This document shows positions 41,112 to 50,636 of a DNA stretch of 63,740 nt, in pieces. Under the pieces are notes generated by a model. It did no database searches and was not told the DNA's origin. It saw only the letters and a program-made list of their open reading frames with translations. The position numbers and the translations under genes are program-made. Positions within the stretch are counted from its first letter, which is position 1; every line of letters begins with the position of its first letter. Source of the stretch: an uncultured virus (IMG/VR IMGVR_UViG_3300020183_000016) (Duplodnaviria > Heunggongvirae > Uroviricota > Caudoviricetes); IMG/VR virus record IMGVR_UViG_3300020183_000016, positions 62,001 through 125,740 of that record; one strand, 5' to 3'.

Positions 41112-42019
41112 TAAGTTATATTGGTGGCAAGGCGAGGATATCTAAATGGATAGAACCATTTATCTCCAAAGATATAGAAACATACGTAGAACCTTTTAGT
41201 GGTATGTTTTGGGTATTTTTTAGAATGGATTTAAAAAGGTATCCTAATTTGAAAACAGTGGTTTATAATGACTTCAATAGTTTAAATGCGAATTTATTTG
41301 ATTGTTGTAAGGATTATAATCAGTTGTGGGATGAAATATCTAAATATCCTTGCCAACAATTAGGGGTATCTGAAACACCTCAGATTTATTCAGAAATGTT
41401 TAGACAATACCAGAATGAGTTATTTAATTCTTCTGGTATTGTTATCACAGAAGAAAATAAATATGAAATTGCCGCAAAATATGTTTATGTCCTAACTCAG
41501 ATATTTTCAGGTTCTAAACCAGAAACATCTAACTATATGGATTATAAAGGTAAGTATAGATGTAAGGTATTAATATTTTTAGATAAACTTAAAGATAAGA
41601 AATATAGAGAACATTTCGATAGGATTACATTTGTAGAAAATTTAGATTTTAGTGATGTAATACAAAAATACGATTCCGAAAAAACTTATTTTTATGTAGA
41701 TCCACCTTATTGGAAAACTGAAAATTATTATTCTAATCACGATTTTGATAGGAACGATCACGAAAGATTGGCAAACGTATTAAAAAATATTAAAGGTAAA
41801 TTTTCTTTAAGTTATTATGATTTTCCTCTACTTAGGGAGTGGTTTCCTAAAACAGAATATGTATGGGAAATGAAAGAATTTGCCAAAGCTGCCGCAGCTA
41901 AAAGTGGCGTAAAACAAAATATGGGTGAAGAATTACTCATTATGAATTATGGTGAGAACAAAAATCAGTTACCATCAGTAGGGACACAGTTAGATTTATT
42001 TAAACATTCATTTTTATAA
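41108..42019 (+). CDS. DNA adenine methyltransferase (Dam/D12-like)
   Basis: SYIGGK, YVEPFSG, VYND, YVDPPY, ELLIMNY. Confidence 0.9.
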   Translation: MISYIGGKARISKWIEPFISKDIETYVEPFSGMFWVFFRMDLKRYPNLKTVVYNDFNSLNANLFDCCKDYNQLWDEISKYPCQQLGVSETPQIYSEMFRQYQNELFNSSGIVITEENKYEIAAKYVYVLTQIFSGSKPETSNYMDYKGKYRCKVLIFLDKLKDKKYREHFDRITFVENLDFSDVIQKYDSEKTYFYVDPPYWKTENYYSNHDFDRNDHERLANVLKNIKGKFSLSYYDFPLLREWFPKTEYVWEMKEFAKAAAAKSGVKQNMGEELLIMNYGENKNQLPSVGTQLDLFKHSFL

Positions 42020-42021
42020 TT

Positions 42022-42924
42022 ATGGGAAGAATTCCAAAGAAAAGAAAATTTGGACAATTATTATTGTTTGCAGAAAAAACCATGCGTGAAATAACGATAG
42101 AAAAAGAAGAAAATATCGTAGATGATGTGGTTTTAGAAACCGTATCGGAATCAAACAATGTTGGGTTATTAACTAATCAGATATATTGTGGGGATACTGT
42201 TGAAACGATGAAAAAAATTGAAGATAAGAGTATTAATTTAATTCTTACATCTCCTCCATATTTAGCATCGATTAGAAAAGATAATCATAAATATCCAGGA
42301 GCCAAAGATTTAATTAAGGATAATCAACCAGTTAAAGAATACATTAGTTGGTTAGTTGATGTTTTTAAAGAATATGAAAGGATTTTAACCGATGATGGGG
42401 TAATTGCGTTTAATTATAGTTATACAACATTTAATCCTTCGTTACCATATATTTTAATTAATGAGGTATTTGAAAATACTTCTTTAGAGATATATGATAC
42501 TGCGTCTTGGAAAAAGAAATCTTGTGTACCTTTAAGTGGGCATCCTAATAGAATGACTAGAATTGTAGAGATGGTTTATATATTTGCAAAGACACCTAAT
42601 TTTAGTGCAAACAAAATAGTTTCATCTTTATCTAAAACGGGACAGAAATACTTTAATACCTACTACAATTTTATTGAAGCCAAAAATAATGATGGTAAAG
42701 TAGAAGGACATGAGGCAACATTCTCAACAGAGTTTGCGAATTACTTTATTGATTTATATTCAAAACCTAATGATATTGTGTTAGATAATTTTTCAGGTAC
42801 AGGTACAACACCATACGCAGCCTATAAAATGGGTAGACAATATATTGGAATCGATTTAGTTGAGGATTATTGTGTACATGCCAGAGAAAGACTTTTAAAA
42901 TTATATAAAGAAAACGATAAATAA
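42022..42924 (+). CDS. N4-cytosine/N6-adenine DNA methyltransferase (beta class)
   Basis: LTSPPY precedes HEATF...VLDNFSGTGTT...YIGID. Confidence 0.9.
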   Translation: MGRIPKKRKFGQLLLFAEKTMREITIEKEENIVDDVVLETVSESNNVGLLTNQIYCGDTVETMKKIEDKSINLILTSPPYLASIRKDNHKYPGAKDLIKDNQPVKEYISWLVDVFKEYERILTDDGVIAFNYSYTTFNPSLPYILINEVFENTSLEIYDTASWKKKSCVPLSGHPNRMTRIVEMVYIFAKTPNFSANKIVSSLSKTGQKYFNTYYNFIEAKNNDGKVEGHEATFSTEFANYFIDLYSKPNDIVLDNFSGTGTTPYAAYKMGRQYIGIDLVEDYCVHARERLLKLYKENDK

Positions 42925-42960
42925 TTTTTTTTATTAAAATTATTTTATTATATTTGTGAT

Positions 42961-43344
42961 ATGGAAAAACTGACGCAAAAATTATTGAACTATTTGAGTG
43001 GTAGACCTAACTACGAAAAATTTAGTATTCTAAATGATGAAATGGGATATGATTTTAATTTTATTAAACAATTGTATCCAAAAGAACTAAAAACATTTGA
43101 GGATTTAACATTTAAAAGTCATCCGAATACATTTATGGAGGGTGCGGTTCAAGCAACATTAGACTTTGATAATGGGTATTTTGTTTCTGTCGTTGGTGGT
43201 GGTAATGGATTATATGGTGATGGTATTAAAACATTTGAAGTGGGGTTTCCAGTTAATGATGGTAGTTTAGATGTTGAAGGTTGGTTAAATTCTGAAGAAA
43301 TTACTATGATGATGTTTAAGATACAAAAAAAACAACCTTTATGA
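42961..43344 (+). CDS. Hypothetical protein
   Basis: FDNGYFVSVV..LYG..FEV..VEGWL phage-type motif. Confidence 0.7.
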   Translation: MEKLTQKLLNYLSGRPNYEKFSILNDEMGYDFNFIKQLYPKELKTFEDLTFKSHPNTFMEGAVQATLDFDNGYFVSVVGGGNGLYGDGIKTFEVGFPVNDGSLDVEGWLNSEEITMMMFKIQKKQPL

Positions 43345-43814
43345 AAAAAGAAAAAGAATATAAAAGGAGATTAGAATTTATTAGTGAAGACGTAAAAAGA
43401 TTATCTGATGTCTTATCAGAAGAATTACTTAATACGCCTGTCCCTAATTATGAAAATGTAGGTGTAGTTTTAAGTAATATTGAAATTGCTTCTAATATGG
43501 AAGATGATGAATCATCTAATTGGAAAACCAAATTTGAAATACCGACACACGATCCACAAACTGGACAATTAAATCCGTACTATGAAGAATTGACAGGTAA
43601 AAAAAATCCATTAATTAACCCTAATTTAGGAGAAGATTTTACAAAAAATAAGGATATAGAAAAAATGCCCAACCAAAAGTGGCATCAGATAATTTCCTTT
43701 ATTAAGTCAGGTGTTAGAATAGTTGGTTATTGTTTTATACCTTTTAATTTAATTGCTGCAACAGTTTTATTAGTTTTGAGTGAAGTCATTGGTATTTTAG
43801 AAGAATTAGTATAA
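43341..43814 (+). CDS. Hypothetical protein with C-terminal membrane segment
   Basis: ISFIKSGVRIVG...EVIGILEELV. Confidence 0.65.
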   Translation: MKKEKEYKRRLEFISEDVKRLSDVLSEELLNTPVPNYENVGVVLSNIEIASNMEDDESSNWKTKFEIPTHDPQTGQLNPYYEELTGKKNPLINPNLGEDFTKNKDIEKMPNQKWHQIISFIKSGVRIVGYCFIPFNLIAATVLLVLSEVIGILEELV

Positions 43815-44090
43815 ATGGAAGGTAAAAAAAATATCACCATCGTATCAGAAGTAAAAGAAGATGGTAGACTTTATTTAAATTTTGAAATGGATAGTAATTC
43901 CTGCCCAACAAAATTAGAATTATTATCTATAATGACTAATGGTTTGGTTATGGTTACAAAAATGGTCTGTGAAGGGTTAGAATATGAATCACAAGGTAAA
44001 CTAATAACTGATGTATTTGATTTACTTAAAAATAATTTATTTGATGGTGATTCTTTTAAAGATTTAAAAATTAAGACGGAAGAATTATAA
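43815..44090 (+). CDS. Hypothetical protein
   Basis: 91-aa ORF. Confidence 0.6.
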   Translation: MEGKKNITIVSEVKEDGRLYLNFEMDSNSCPTKLELLSIMTNGLVMVTKMVCEGLEYESQGKLITDVFDLLKNNLFDGDSFKDLKIKTEEL

Positions 44091-44403
44091 TTTTGTCACC
44101 CTCTATTTTTATTTCATAGTCATCTGGAGACAAATTAGTATAATAGATTTTTAAATATTCTAATTTGTTTCCTTTTTTTTGTGGTATATCTAATTGTCTA
44201 ATTTTAGATTTTTTTTCTTTAGGTTTTTCCCATTTTTCTATATTGGATTTTTTAGAGTTCTTTAAGAAGTCTACTTCATCAGTAAAAATCCATTTTTTAT
44301 TACTTTTACATTTTTTATAGTATACATCACCACCTATATCGCGAATCTGATATTTACAACTTTCTTTTTCTTCGTTTATTATATTTAAAAATTTTAATGA
44401 CAT
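44071..44403 (-). CDS. Hypothetical protein
   Basis: Likely start ATG 44403 (MSLKFLNIINEE) with minus-strand TATTTAT at 44410-44416. Confidence 0.6.
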   Translation of the reverse strand: MSLKFLNIINEEKESCKYQIRDIGGDVYYKKCKSNKKWIFTDEVDFLKNSKKSNIEKWEKPKEKKSKIRQLDIPQKKGNKLEYLKIYYTNLSPDDYEIKIEGDKIIILPS

Positions 44404-44693
44404 TTTATTATAAATATTTGTTTTTTTGGAAAATAATATATATATTTGTAGATATAATTGGTGTAACAAATGAGTTTATCTAAAAAAGTTTATGAAAATA
44501 TTAAGTATGAGGAACAAAAAAATACTCACACTGAAAACGAATGGTTAGATAGAATATTATACACCAAAGATAAAATAAAAAAAAGTTCTTTGAAATTTGG
44601 GGATGGTTTTGGATTTGACAATCAAAGGTTGAGTTCGAAATGATGCAAGCCGAGTTAGATGGAAACTCGTAAATTACCTATCAAAATATAAAT

Positions 44694-44789
44694 GCAAACG
44701 CATACAACGTAGAGGATATCATGAGTATCCCAACTTCTATCACTCGCTCAGCGATGGTTGAAGAGATGGAATCAATCGAATTGGTTTAA
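44694..44789 (+). other. tmRNA tag reading frame ANAYNVEDIMSIPTSITRSAMVEEMESIELV*
   Basis: GCA resume codon after pk1-like region and AAATATAAAT; TAA at 44787-44789. Confidence 0.75.
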
Positions 44790-44980
44790 TCGGTGGGTCA
44801 CACTTACCTAGAAACAGAAAGGTGTAAAAATAGAGTTGATCGTTAATACTCTTTAAACAATTGATGAAACAGGGTTGTTGGATAACCATGTTATAAATAA
44901 AACCAAATATTTTGTTTGTTTAGAAAAATGAACTAAGCTTGTGAATGAATTTCTAATGTCGATTTGGTTGGACGAGGGTT

Positions 44981-45203
44981 TGAGTGCGGACCCACTTATT
45001 GGTGACAGTAAGTTAAAAATCGGATGAATTGCTGGAACGCTAAGTCTTTTTAAGATATGCCAATCAGCAGCCAAGCCTACAGAGTAGGAAGGTTCAGAGA
45101 CTATTGGGGATTATAGCGATATAATGTAATACCAACTAGAGCGTCCGACATCTTTAGTAGATGATGATATAGTCCAGACAATAATGAAAATTATTGATTA
45201 TAG
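44981..45203 (+). mobile_element. Group I intron (223 nt, no ORF) in the tmRNA T-loop
   Basis: P1 GGGUU/GACCC with U:G at the 5' splice site; P AATTGCTGGAA, Q AATCAGCAG, R TCAGAGACTA, S GATATAGTCC; terminal G at 45203. Confidence 0.92.
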
Positions 45204-45225
45204 CGACTCCCTCCATCTCCACGAT

Positions 45226-45323
45226 GGGTTAAATTAAATAATGCGATCATCTAACCATGAGGATTTACTTGCAGGAGTCCAAAGGACGAACATCGGATAA
45301 AGGAAGAACACCTGATTTAACCC
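45226..45323 (+). ncRNA. Unknown ~98-nt structured RNA right after tmRNA
   Basis: gggttaaatta/tgatttaaccc closing stem; inner gtcc-aaa-ggac hairpin. Confidence 0.4.
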
Positions 45324-45331
45324 TTTTTTTT

Positions 45332-45655
45332 TGCACCATTTCTACTTCTCAAGAGTAGACAGTTGTAACGACAAGAGACATTGCTCAACAATTCTCTTTC
45401 AAGAATGTGAATGATTCTGATACAGACATGAGAACCTGTATAGTAACAAAAAACTTTATTATGGGAAATACAGAATGGGTAAAAGGATTACTTGGTGATA
45501 CTAGAGTATTTAACAATGAATACCAATTTAGAAACTATGATGGTAGTATAGAATCTTTTAGTTCAATGGAAGAATTAGAAGATTACTTAAAAGAATACTT
45601 TTTGTATATATGTGAGTTATCACAAACTTCATAGTGTATACCTGAGTGCAGAGGG
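45332..45655 (+). ncRNA. Structured RNA motif copy A (homolog of 59066-59214) with an ORF in one loop
   Basis: Shares TGCAC, hairpin, CAGTTGTAACRACAAGA, CTCTTT, TGATACA and CTGAGTGCAGAGGG in the same order with copy B. Confidence 0.6.
45428..45634 (+). CDS. Small ORF nested in RNA motif copy A
   Basis: 68 aa from ATG 45428 (or 57 aa from 45461); phage-like codon usage. Confidence 0.5.
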   Translation: MRTCIVTKNFIMGNTEWVKGLLGDTRVFNNEYQFRNYDGSIESFSSMEELEDYLKEYFLYICELSQTS

Positions 45656-45727
45656 TTCACTAGGTTTCTTTATTCCTTAAAAAAAAATAAAGTGGTGGAA
45701 GTAGATAGTGATCCTATCGACCCTTTT

Positions 45728-45755
45728 AAAAGTCCCGAATATTCGGGACTTTTTA
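45728..45755 (+). terminator. Intrinsic terminator (perfect 26-nt palindrome)
   Basis: aaaagtcccgaat/attcgggactttt. Confidence 0.85.
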
Positions 45756-45834
45756 TTTTTTAACAAATATTTATAATAAAAAATTTGGCAGAATCGAAAC
45801 TTTTTTTTAAATTTACATTATAAATAAAAAGATT

Positions 45835-46032
45835 ATGAACTCAAAACTTCCATTTGTCGTAAATTATACAAAAGAGATGTCAGATAAGTTTAACGAAGAA
45901 CTTATGGAATCTAAGACTTGTCCTATGACAAACCCAAAGTTTTATGGTAAGTGGGATTTAGTTGATTTCGATTCACCAGAATATAATGAAAAGGTAAAGG
46001 TGAAAAGAAATTATGTTACAGAAAAGAATTAA
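45835..46032 (+). CDS. Hypothetical protein
   Basis: 65-aa ORF. Confidence 0.55.
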   Translation: MNSKLPFVVNYTKEMSDKFNEELMESKTCPMTNPKFYGKWDLVDFDSPEYNEKVKVKRNYVTEKN

Positions 46033-46633
46033 AAGAATATTAAACGAAATTAAATTTTCTCAGGAACAATCTGATGAACTTAGAGATAAATTTGGTTGGA
46101 GGTACGTTCAAACAGAAAAACCTAAGTCCGATAGTAAATATAAAAAATTAAGAGTTTATACTTTCCATACTCCTAAATATAAGTATATTGTACATATAGA
46201 GGAATATGAATACGATTATTTCCTTATTTCTTTTTTCCCTAAACTAAATACTGATTTTTATGTTAGACAACAAAAATTGGCAGATAGAGGACAAAATTTT
46301 TATGACAAATATAGTTATCAAACTAAAGAAAATATTCCTTTTAAAATATTCTCACTATTAGTAAGTGAAATAAAAAATATTTTAAAAGATCACCCTTATG
46401 CGTCTTTTGGTTACTTTGGGGCGCCTGATTACAAATTAGGTGAAGAAACAGATTTATTTAACACGAAAAGGGTTAGAATTTATAATCAATTATTGAATGA
46501 TGAATTTAATCAAACTCATGTTGTTAAATCTGAATTAGAGTTTAGTGGTGGTATGATTTTAAACAAAGAAGTATTAAATCAGTACCCAAATTTAGAAATG
46601 TATTGTAGGGATATGTTACAATCCCATTTATAA
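46013..46633 (+). CDS. Hypothetical protein
   Basis: 206 aa; IKRILNE N-terminus. Confidence 0.7.
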   Translation: MLQKRIKRILNEIKFSQEQSDELRDKFGWRYVQTEKPKSDSKYKKLRVYTFHTPKYKYIVHIEEYEYDYFLISFFPKLNTDFYVRQQKLADRGQNFYDKYSYQTKENIPFKIFSLLVSEIKNILKDHPYASFGYFGAPDYKLGEETDLFNTKRVRIYNQLLNDEFNQTHVVKSELEFSGGMILNKEVLNQYPNLEMYCRDMLQSHL

Positions 46634-46651
46634 TAAAAAAAATAAAGTTTT

Positions 46652-47146
46652 ATGGAAAAGGTATTAGTTTTAAATAATGACTATACCCCATTAAATGTAA
46701 CCACACTTAAAAGGGGTTTTAAGTTAGTCTATAAAGGTAAGGCAGAAATAGTTTATTCTGATGAGACAAACCCTATTGTATCCAGTTTTAAAAACTTCAC
46801 TAGACCATCTGTTATTAGGTTGAATAGATTTATCTATACCCCCTTTAAAAAAGTTCCTTTAAGTAGATATAATATTTTTAGGAGAGATGGACATAAATGT
46901 GTTTATTGTGGAACAAATAAAAATTTAACAATCGATCACGTAATACCTAAATCTAAAGGTGGTGACAATACTTGGAAGAATTTAGTTACTTGTTGTGGTG
47001 TATGTAATCTTAAAAAGGATGATAGAACACCAGAAGAGGTGGGAATGGGATTTTTAAGAAAACCATTTGCACCAACATACATCCAATTCATAGAAAGAAT
47101 GAATGGTATAATTAAAGAAGAATGGAAACAATTTTTAATGATTTAA
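46652..47146 (+). CDS. HNH endonuclease (McrA-like, free-standing)
   Basis: VLVLNNDYTPL..PSVIRL..RRDGHKCVYCG..TIDHVIPKSKGG..WKNLVTCC..CN..K. Confidence 0.9.
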   Translation: MEKVLVLNNDYTPLNVTTLKRGFKLVYKGKAEIVYSDETNPIVSSFKNFTRPSVIRLNRFIYTPFKKVPLSRYNIFRRDGHKCVYCGTNKNLTIDHVIPKSKGGDNTWKNLVTCCGVCNLKKDDRTPEEVGMGFLRKPFAPTYIQFIERMNGIIKEEWKQFLMI

Positions 47147-47824
47147 TATGAAAAAAAAATTTAGTTGGTATAAAGGAAATGGACTTTTTTGGTTCAGAAT
47201 ATTTGGGTACGGTTTATCTATCTCAAATAGATTAACATTTAGTCAAAAAGAGGGGTATGTGAATTACATTTACTTTTATGGATATGTAATTAGTTTTTTA
47301 AAACCTTATAAATATTAATATGTTAGATAAAATAAGATTATGGTGGAGGTTTGAGGGTAAACATTACCATAGAGATTTCATTGTGGGACTGACAAGATTT
47401 TTTAGAAAATATTTGTTTTATTAAAAAATAGTTATTATATTTGTTTTAAATTAAAAGACTATGCCACCAGAAGAATATTATGAAAGACTATTTGAAGATA
47501 GGTTAGATTCAAATAGAAGAGGTAAAAGTAATCATAAAAGATTAACTGCCGAAGAACAAGTTAGAGAAATAGAACTCAGAAGAAATATGAAGTATCTAGC
47601 GAATTTAATGGTTGATTATGTGAAAAATAATCCTAACTAAAATGGTAAGAGTACGTTTCCCAAACGAATCATATTACGATACAATTCCTAATTTTAATTG
47701 GGATGAGTTCAAACCAAGTAAAATTTATGATGAATGTGTATTTGGTTGGTTTCAAGATGTATACGTCTGCGTCGAAAGAGTTGATTATGACGAATATTAT
47801 AATAACAAAAAATAATACATTACT

Positions 47825-48049
47825 ATGAAAAAAATTTTACTCGAAACTCTAATTATGATTTTATCGGGAATAGTTTCAGGAATTGGATTTGCTGCATTGA
47901 CTATTGCCTTAGATATGGGCACAAAAAATTATTATGTGTTTATTCCTGCGTTAATAATAAGTTGGTTAATACTTTACCCTTCATATATATTTTGGTTGGA
48001 CTTCTTCAAAAAAGTTTTAAAATATGAAAGTTATGGTCAAAAAAATTAA
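47825..48049 (+). CDS. Small membrane protein
   Basis: Two TM segments; region 47150-48140 holds several further ORFs below 60 aa. Confidence 0.55.
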   Translation: MKKILLETLIMILSGIVSGIGFAALTIALDMGTKNYYVFIPALIISWLILYPSYIFWLDFFKKVLKYESYGQKN

Positions 48050-48151
48050 ACTACGTATCATATAATGGTGGAAAAAATGTATTGTAGATTATTGCCCACC
48101 TGAATTAGAAGACTATGTGGTTTCAAATAAATATAGATAAAAATTAAAATA

Positions 48152-48922
48152 ATGGCGAATTTTATATATTCCAGAGTTACAATTGAACCTTTAGAGTCAA
48201 TGAACAAAATTTGTAGTATGATTGAAAACATGCCTAAATCAGAGTATGGTAAAGAAACTACAACAGTTGTTAAAACATTTTATAGTGAAGAAGAATTGAA
48301 AAAACCGTATAACAATGGTGAGACAGAATACCCTATAACTGATGTAGGGGTTAAAATTGGTTGGTTATATGATAATGTTGGGACTAAGTGGATTGAATTA
48401 GGTATTGATGATGATATTAGAATTGAGTCTCCTTATTACATACCTGATGGATTTCTTATTAAATTATATAGTTTATGTATAGATGAATTTTCAGATGTTA
48501 AAATAATTTGTAAATGGTATGATGAATTTGAAACAAATTGTGGTACTGCATTAATATGGAATGGAATTTATACTGAAGATGAAGAAACTTTAAAAGATGA
48601 AAATATTGGTGATCCAGCCTATCAAGTTAATGGTGATGAAAATATTGATGAGATTAAAAAATGGGTATTAAGTGAAACTACTGAAGATTCTTATACTAAA
48701 CCAGAAGAAATAGAATCTATGAATGAAGAAGAATTAAGATGCCTTTTTGAAGATTGGAAAAATCAAGGTAAATGGAATTATATTACTGATAGGCAAGAAT
48801 CTATGTATTATTCATGTGAAGAAGCAATAGAAACTGAAGATTTTAATTTTCCGATATCGAGAGTTAGAAGAATTGCGAATGTAAAATATGAAATGATAAC
48901 AGATTGTTATCCGTTTAAATAA
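48152..48922 (+). CDS. Hypothetical acidic protein
   Basis: 256-aa ORF. Confidence 0.7.
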   Translation: MANFIYSRVTIEPLESMNKICSMIENMPKSEYGKETTTVVKTFYSEEELKKPYNNGETEYPITDVGVKIGWLYDNVGTKWIELGIDDDIRIESPYYIPDGFLIKLYSLCIDEFSDVKIICKWYDEFETNCGTALIWNGIYTEDEETLKDENIGDPAYQVNGDENIDEIKKWVLSETTEDSYTKPEEIESMNEEELRCLFEDWKNQGKWNYITDRQESMYYSCEEAIETEDFNFPISRVRRIANVKYEMITDCYPFK

Positions 48923-48945
48923 AACAATAAATAAAAATAAAAGTT

Positions 48946-49314
48946 ATGGGAATAAAAAATAATTTTATTGAAATGATTAAAGGTGGGTATCCTGATTTTG
49001 ATCCACAAAACGATTCAGTTGAAATCGAGTTCGAAGGTGGAGGAGATTCCTTTGATTCGTTTTCTTTTATTTCAGTCTACCCTAATAGGGAAGGTGAATT
49101 AAATCTAATTGATCATTGGGACACATTATTTGATATTATAGATAATTCTGGTGTTGCGTACAATTGGAACAATGGTGGTACTACTGGTAGGATTTAGTAT
49201 AATATGAATGGTGAACAAGAATTAACTGTTAGCACAATTATGATGGAAGAATATTGGGGTGAAGTTGATGACGATGAAGAGGAAGTTGGTGAAGTAAATT
49301 CTAAATCAGAATAA
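48946..49314 (+). pseudogene. DUF6878-like gene interrupted by in-frame TAG (49195-49197)
   Basis: VEIEFEGGGDS...NWNNGGTTGRI*YNMNGEQELTVST...; frame stays open for 38 more sense codons to TAA 49312-49314; near a DUF6915-like gene. Confidence 0.55.
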
Positions 49315-49474
49315 GATGGTAGGAAATATTTGGTTAGCAGTAAAGAAATTCTTTCACCAACATATACTTTGTATTCACAAGTATAAATGGGTCTATAGAA
49401 GAGATAATGGTGCAGACTATGAGGTTTGTGAGAAATGTGATTTGATTAGATAACCTTTAAATCAGAATAAAATA

Positions 49475-49879
49475 ATGGCGAATCCTTTAGTACATTCAAA
49501 GTCATCCGTTAAATTTTGGGGAGGAAAAGAAGAAGATTATTTACCACTTCATAATAAAATGGATTCTTCTAAAAAATATTTTAGTGATAACAGACATAGG
49601 GCGTTGACACATAATATGTTTTTTATATTTGAAGTAATGATACCAATTTTCGGTGAATATATTACAAATTCAGATGGTAAAATAGTATCCGTTAAAGATA
49701 TATGTGAATATCATATATTAGAAGATTACGGTAAAAAGTTTATACCTAATGTTTCTGACTTTCTACAAGAAATGGAAATCAAATCTTGGATGGCGAATGG
49801 TTTGGGTGAATCCCCATCATCACAAAAAAAAGTAATAACGAATGAAAGTAAAGTTCATAAAAGATTGGTAAAGGATTAG
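49475..49879 (+). CDS. DUF6915-like protein
   Basis: MANPLVHSKSSVKFWGG..DY..H..D.SK..DNRHRALTH...HILED. Confidence 0.7.
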   Translation: MANPLVHSKSSVKFWGGKEEDYLPLHNKMDSSKKYFSDNRHRALTHNMFFIFEVMIPIFGEYITNSDGKIVSVKDICEYHILEDYGKKFIPNVSDFLQEMEIKSWMANGLGESPSSQKKVITNESKVHKRLVKD

Positions 49880-49881
49880 TT

Positions 49882-50184
49882 ATGTTTGAAATTATCGGAA
49901 TAGTATTTACAGTTATTTTTATTTTTCTTTTGTTATTTATACAATATACTTTAATTTTGTTTGGTGTAATGAAAGAAAGTTTAAAGTGGTACGGTAGAGT
50001 TATTAGTTGGATACCTTTATTACCATATTTTATATATTTTATTTTAACAATAAGTTTTATAATTATGATTATGTTTGATAAATTTGTTAAGTGGTTTGAA
50101 CTAAATTTGGGTTGGTTCTTTATTAATGGAAGAAAACAATCTTATTGGTCAGAGTATCTAAAGAATAAATATAAAGATGAATAA
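49882..50184 (+). CDS. Membrane protein
   Basis: Two TM segments; WFELNLGWFFING. Confidence 0.6.
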   Translation: MFEIIGIVFTVIFIFLLLFIQYTLILFGVMKESLKWYGRVISWIPLLPYFIYFILTISFIIMIMFDKFVKWFELNLGWFFINGRKQSYWSEYLKNKYKDE

Positions 50185-50337
50185 TTAAAAAAATGTTAAA
50201 ATTTTAACTAAATGTGTATAATTATTTTGACATTTAAAATTTTTATCCTATATTTGTATTAAATAAAAAAGTTAGAGATACTTATAATCTCCGATGGGTG
50301 AAAAGCCTTAATAACAAATAAATTAAATTTTTTTAAA

Positions 50338-50526
50338 ATGAAAAGAATTTTTTTAATCTTAACCGTAATGGCAACGTTGGTGTCTTGCGGAGGTAACTCA
50401 ACAGATGCGACTGCACCAGCAACAGATGCAGGTACGGCTACTGAGGCAACTACAGAAGCAACTTCTAACGCAACTACTAGTGATAGTACTTCAGTAGAAG
50501 CAACTTCAAAAGTAAAAAAGAAGTAA
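50338..50526 (+). CDS. Small Thr/Ala/Ser-rich lipoprotein
   Basis: MKRIFLILTVMATLVS-CGG lipobox; own promoter (50249) and terminator. Confidence 0.75.
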   Translation: MKRIFLILTVMATLVSCGGNSTDATAPATDAGTATEATTEATSNATTSDSTSVEATSKVKKK

Positions 50527-50554
50527 TAAATCAGTTGGTTATTAAAAAAAAAAG

Positions 50555-50582
50555 AAACCCCTAAATTTTTAGGGGTTTTTTT
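50555..50582 (+). terminator. Intrinsic terminator
   Basis: aaacccctaaa/tttaggggttt plus T run. Confidence 0.8.
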
Positions 50583-50636
50583 ATATTTATATTATATTGG
50601 TTATTATATTTAATAAAAAACAATTATTGTACCAAA

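Larger units (their letters stand above)
44599..45221 (+). ncRNA. ssrA: tmRNA, split by a group I intron (exons 44599-44980 and 45204-45221)
   Basis: 5' GGGGATG pairs with 3' CATCTCC-A (G3:U Ala determinant); GGATTTGAC 5' motif; tgcaagc/gcttgtg helix; resume context ATAAAT-GCA; spliced T-arm GAGGG-TTCGACT-CCCTC. Confidence 0.93.

Noticed and set aside
41108..42924. Restriction-modification system
   Set aside because: No adjacent restriction endonuclease; likely orphan methyltransferases.
44470..44643. 57-aa ORF running into the tmRNA 5' end
   Set aside because: Overlaps boxA and tmRNA; may be a small gene or remnant but cannot be supported.
44853..45074. 73-aa minus-strand ORF
   Set aside because: Antisense to tmRNA and intron core.
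45266..45295. Hammerhead-like gtcc-aaa-ggac-gaa
   Set aside because: The CUGANGA core is absent (TTGCAGGA) and stems I/III are not evident.
46652..47146. HNH as homing partner of the tmRNA intron
   Set aside because: McrA-like family, about 1.4 kb away beyond a terminator; no sequence evidence for the link.
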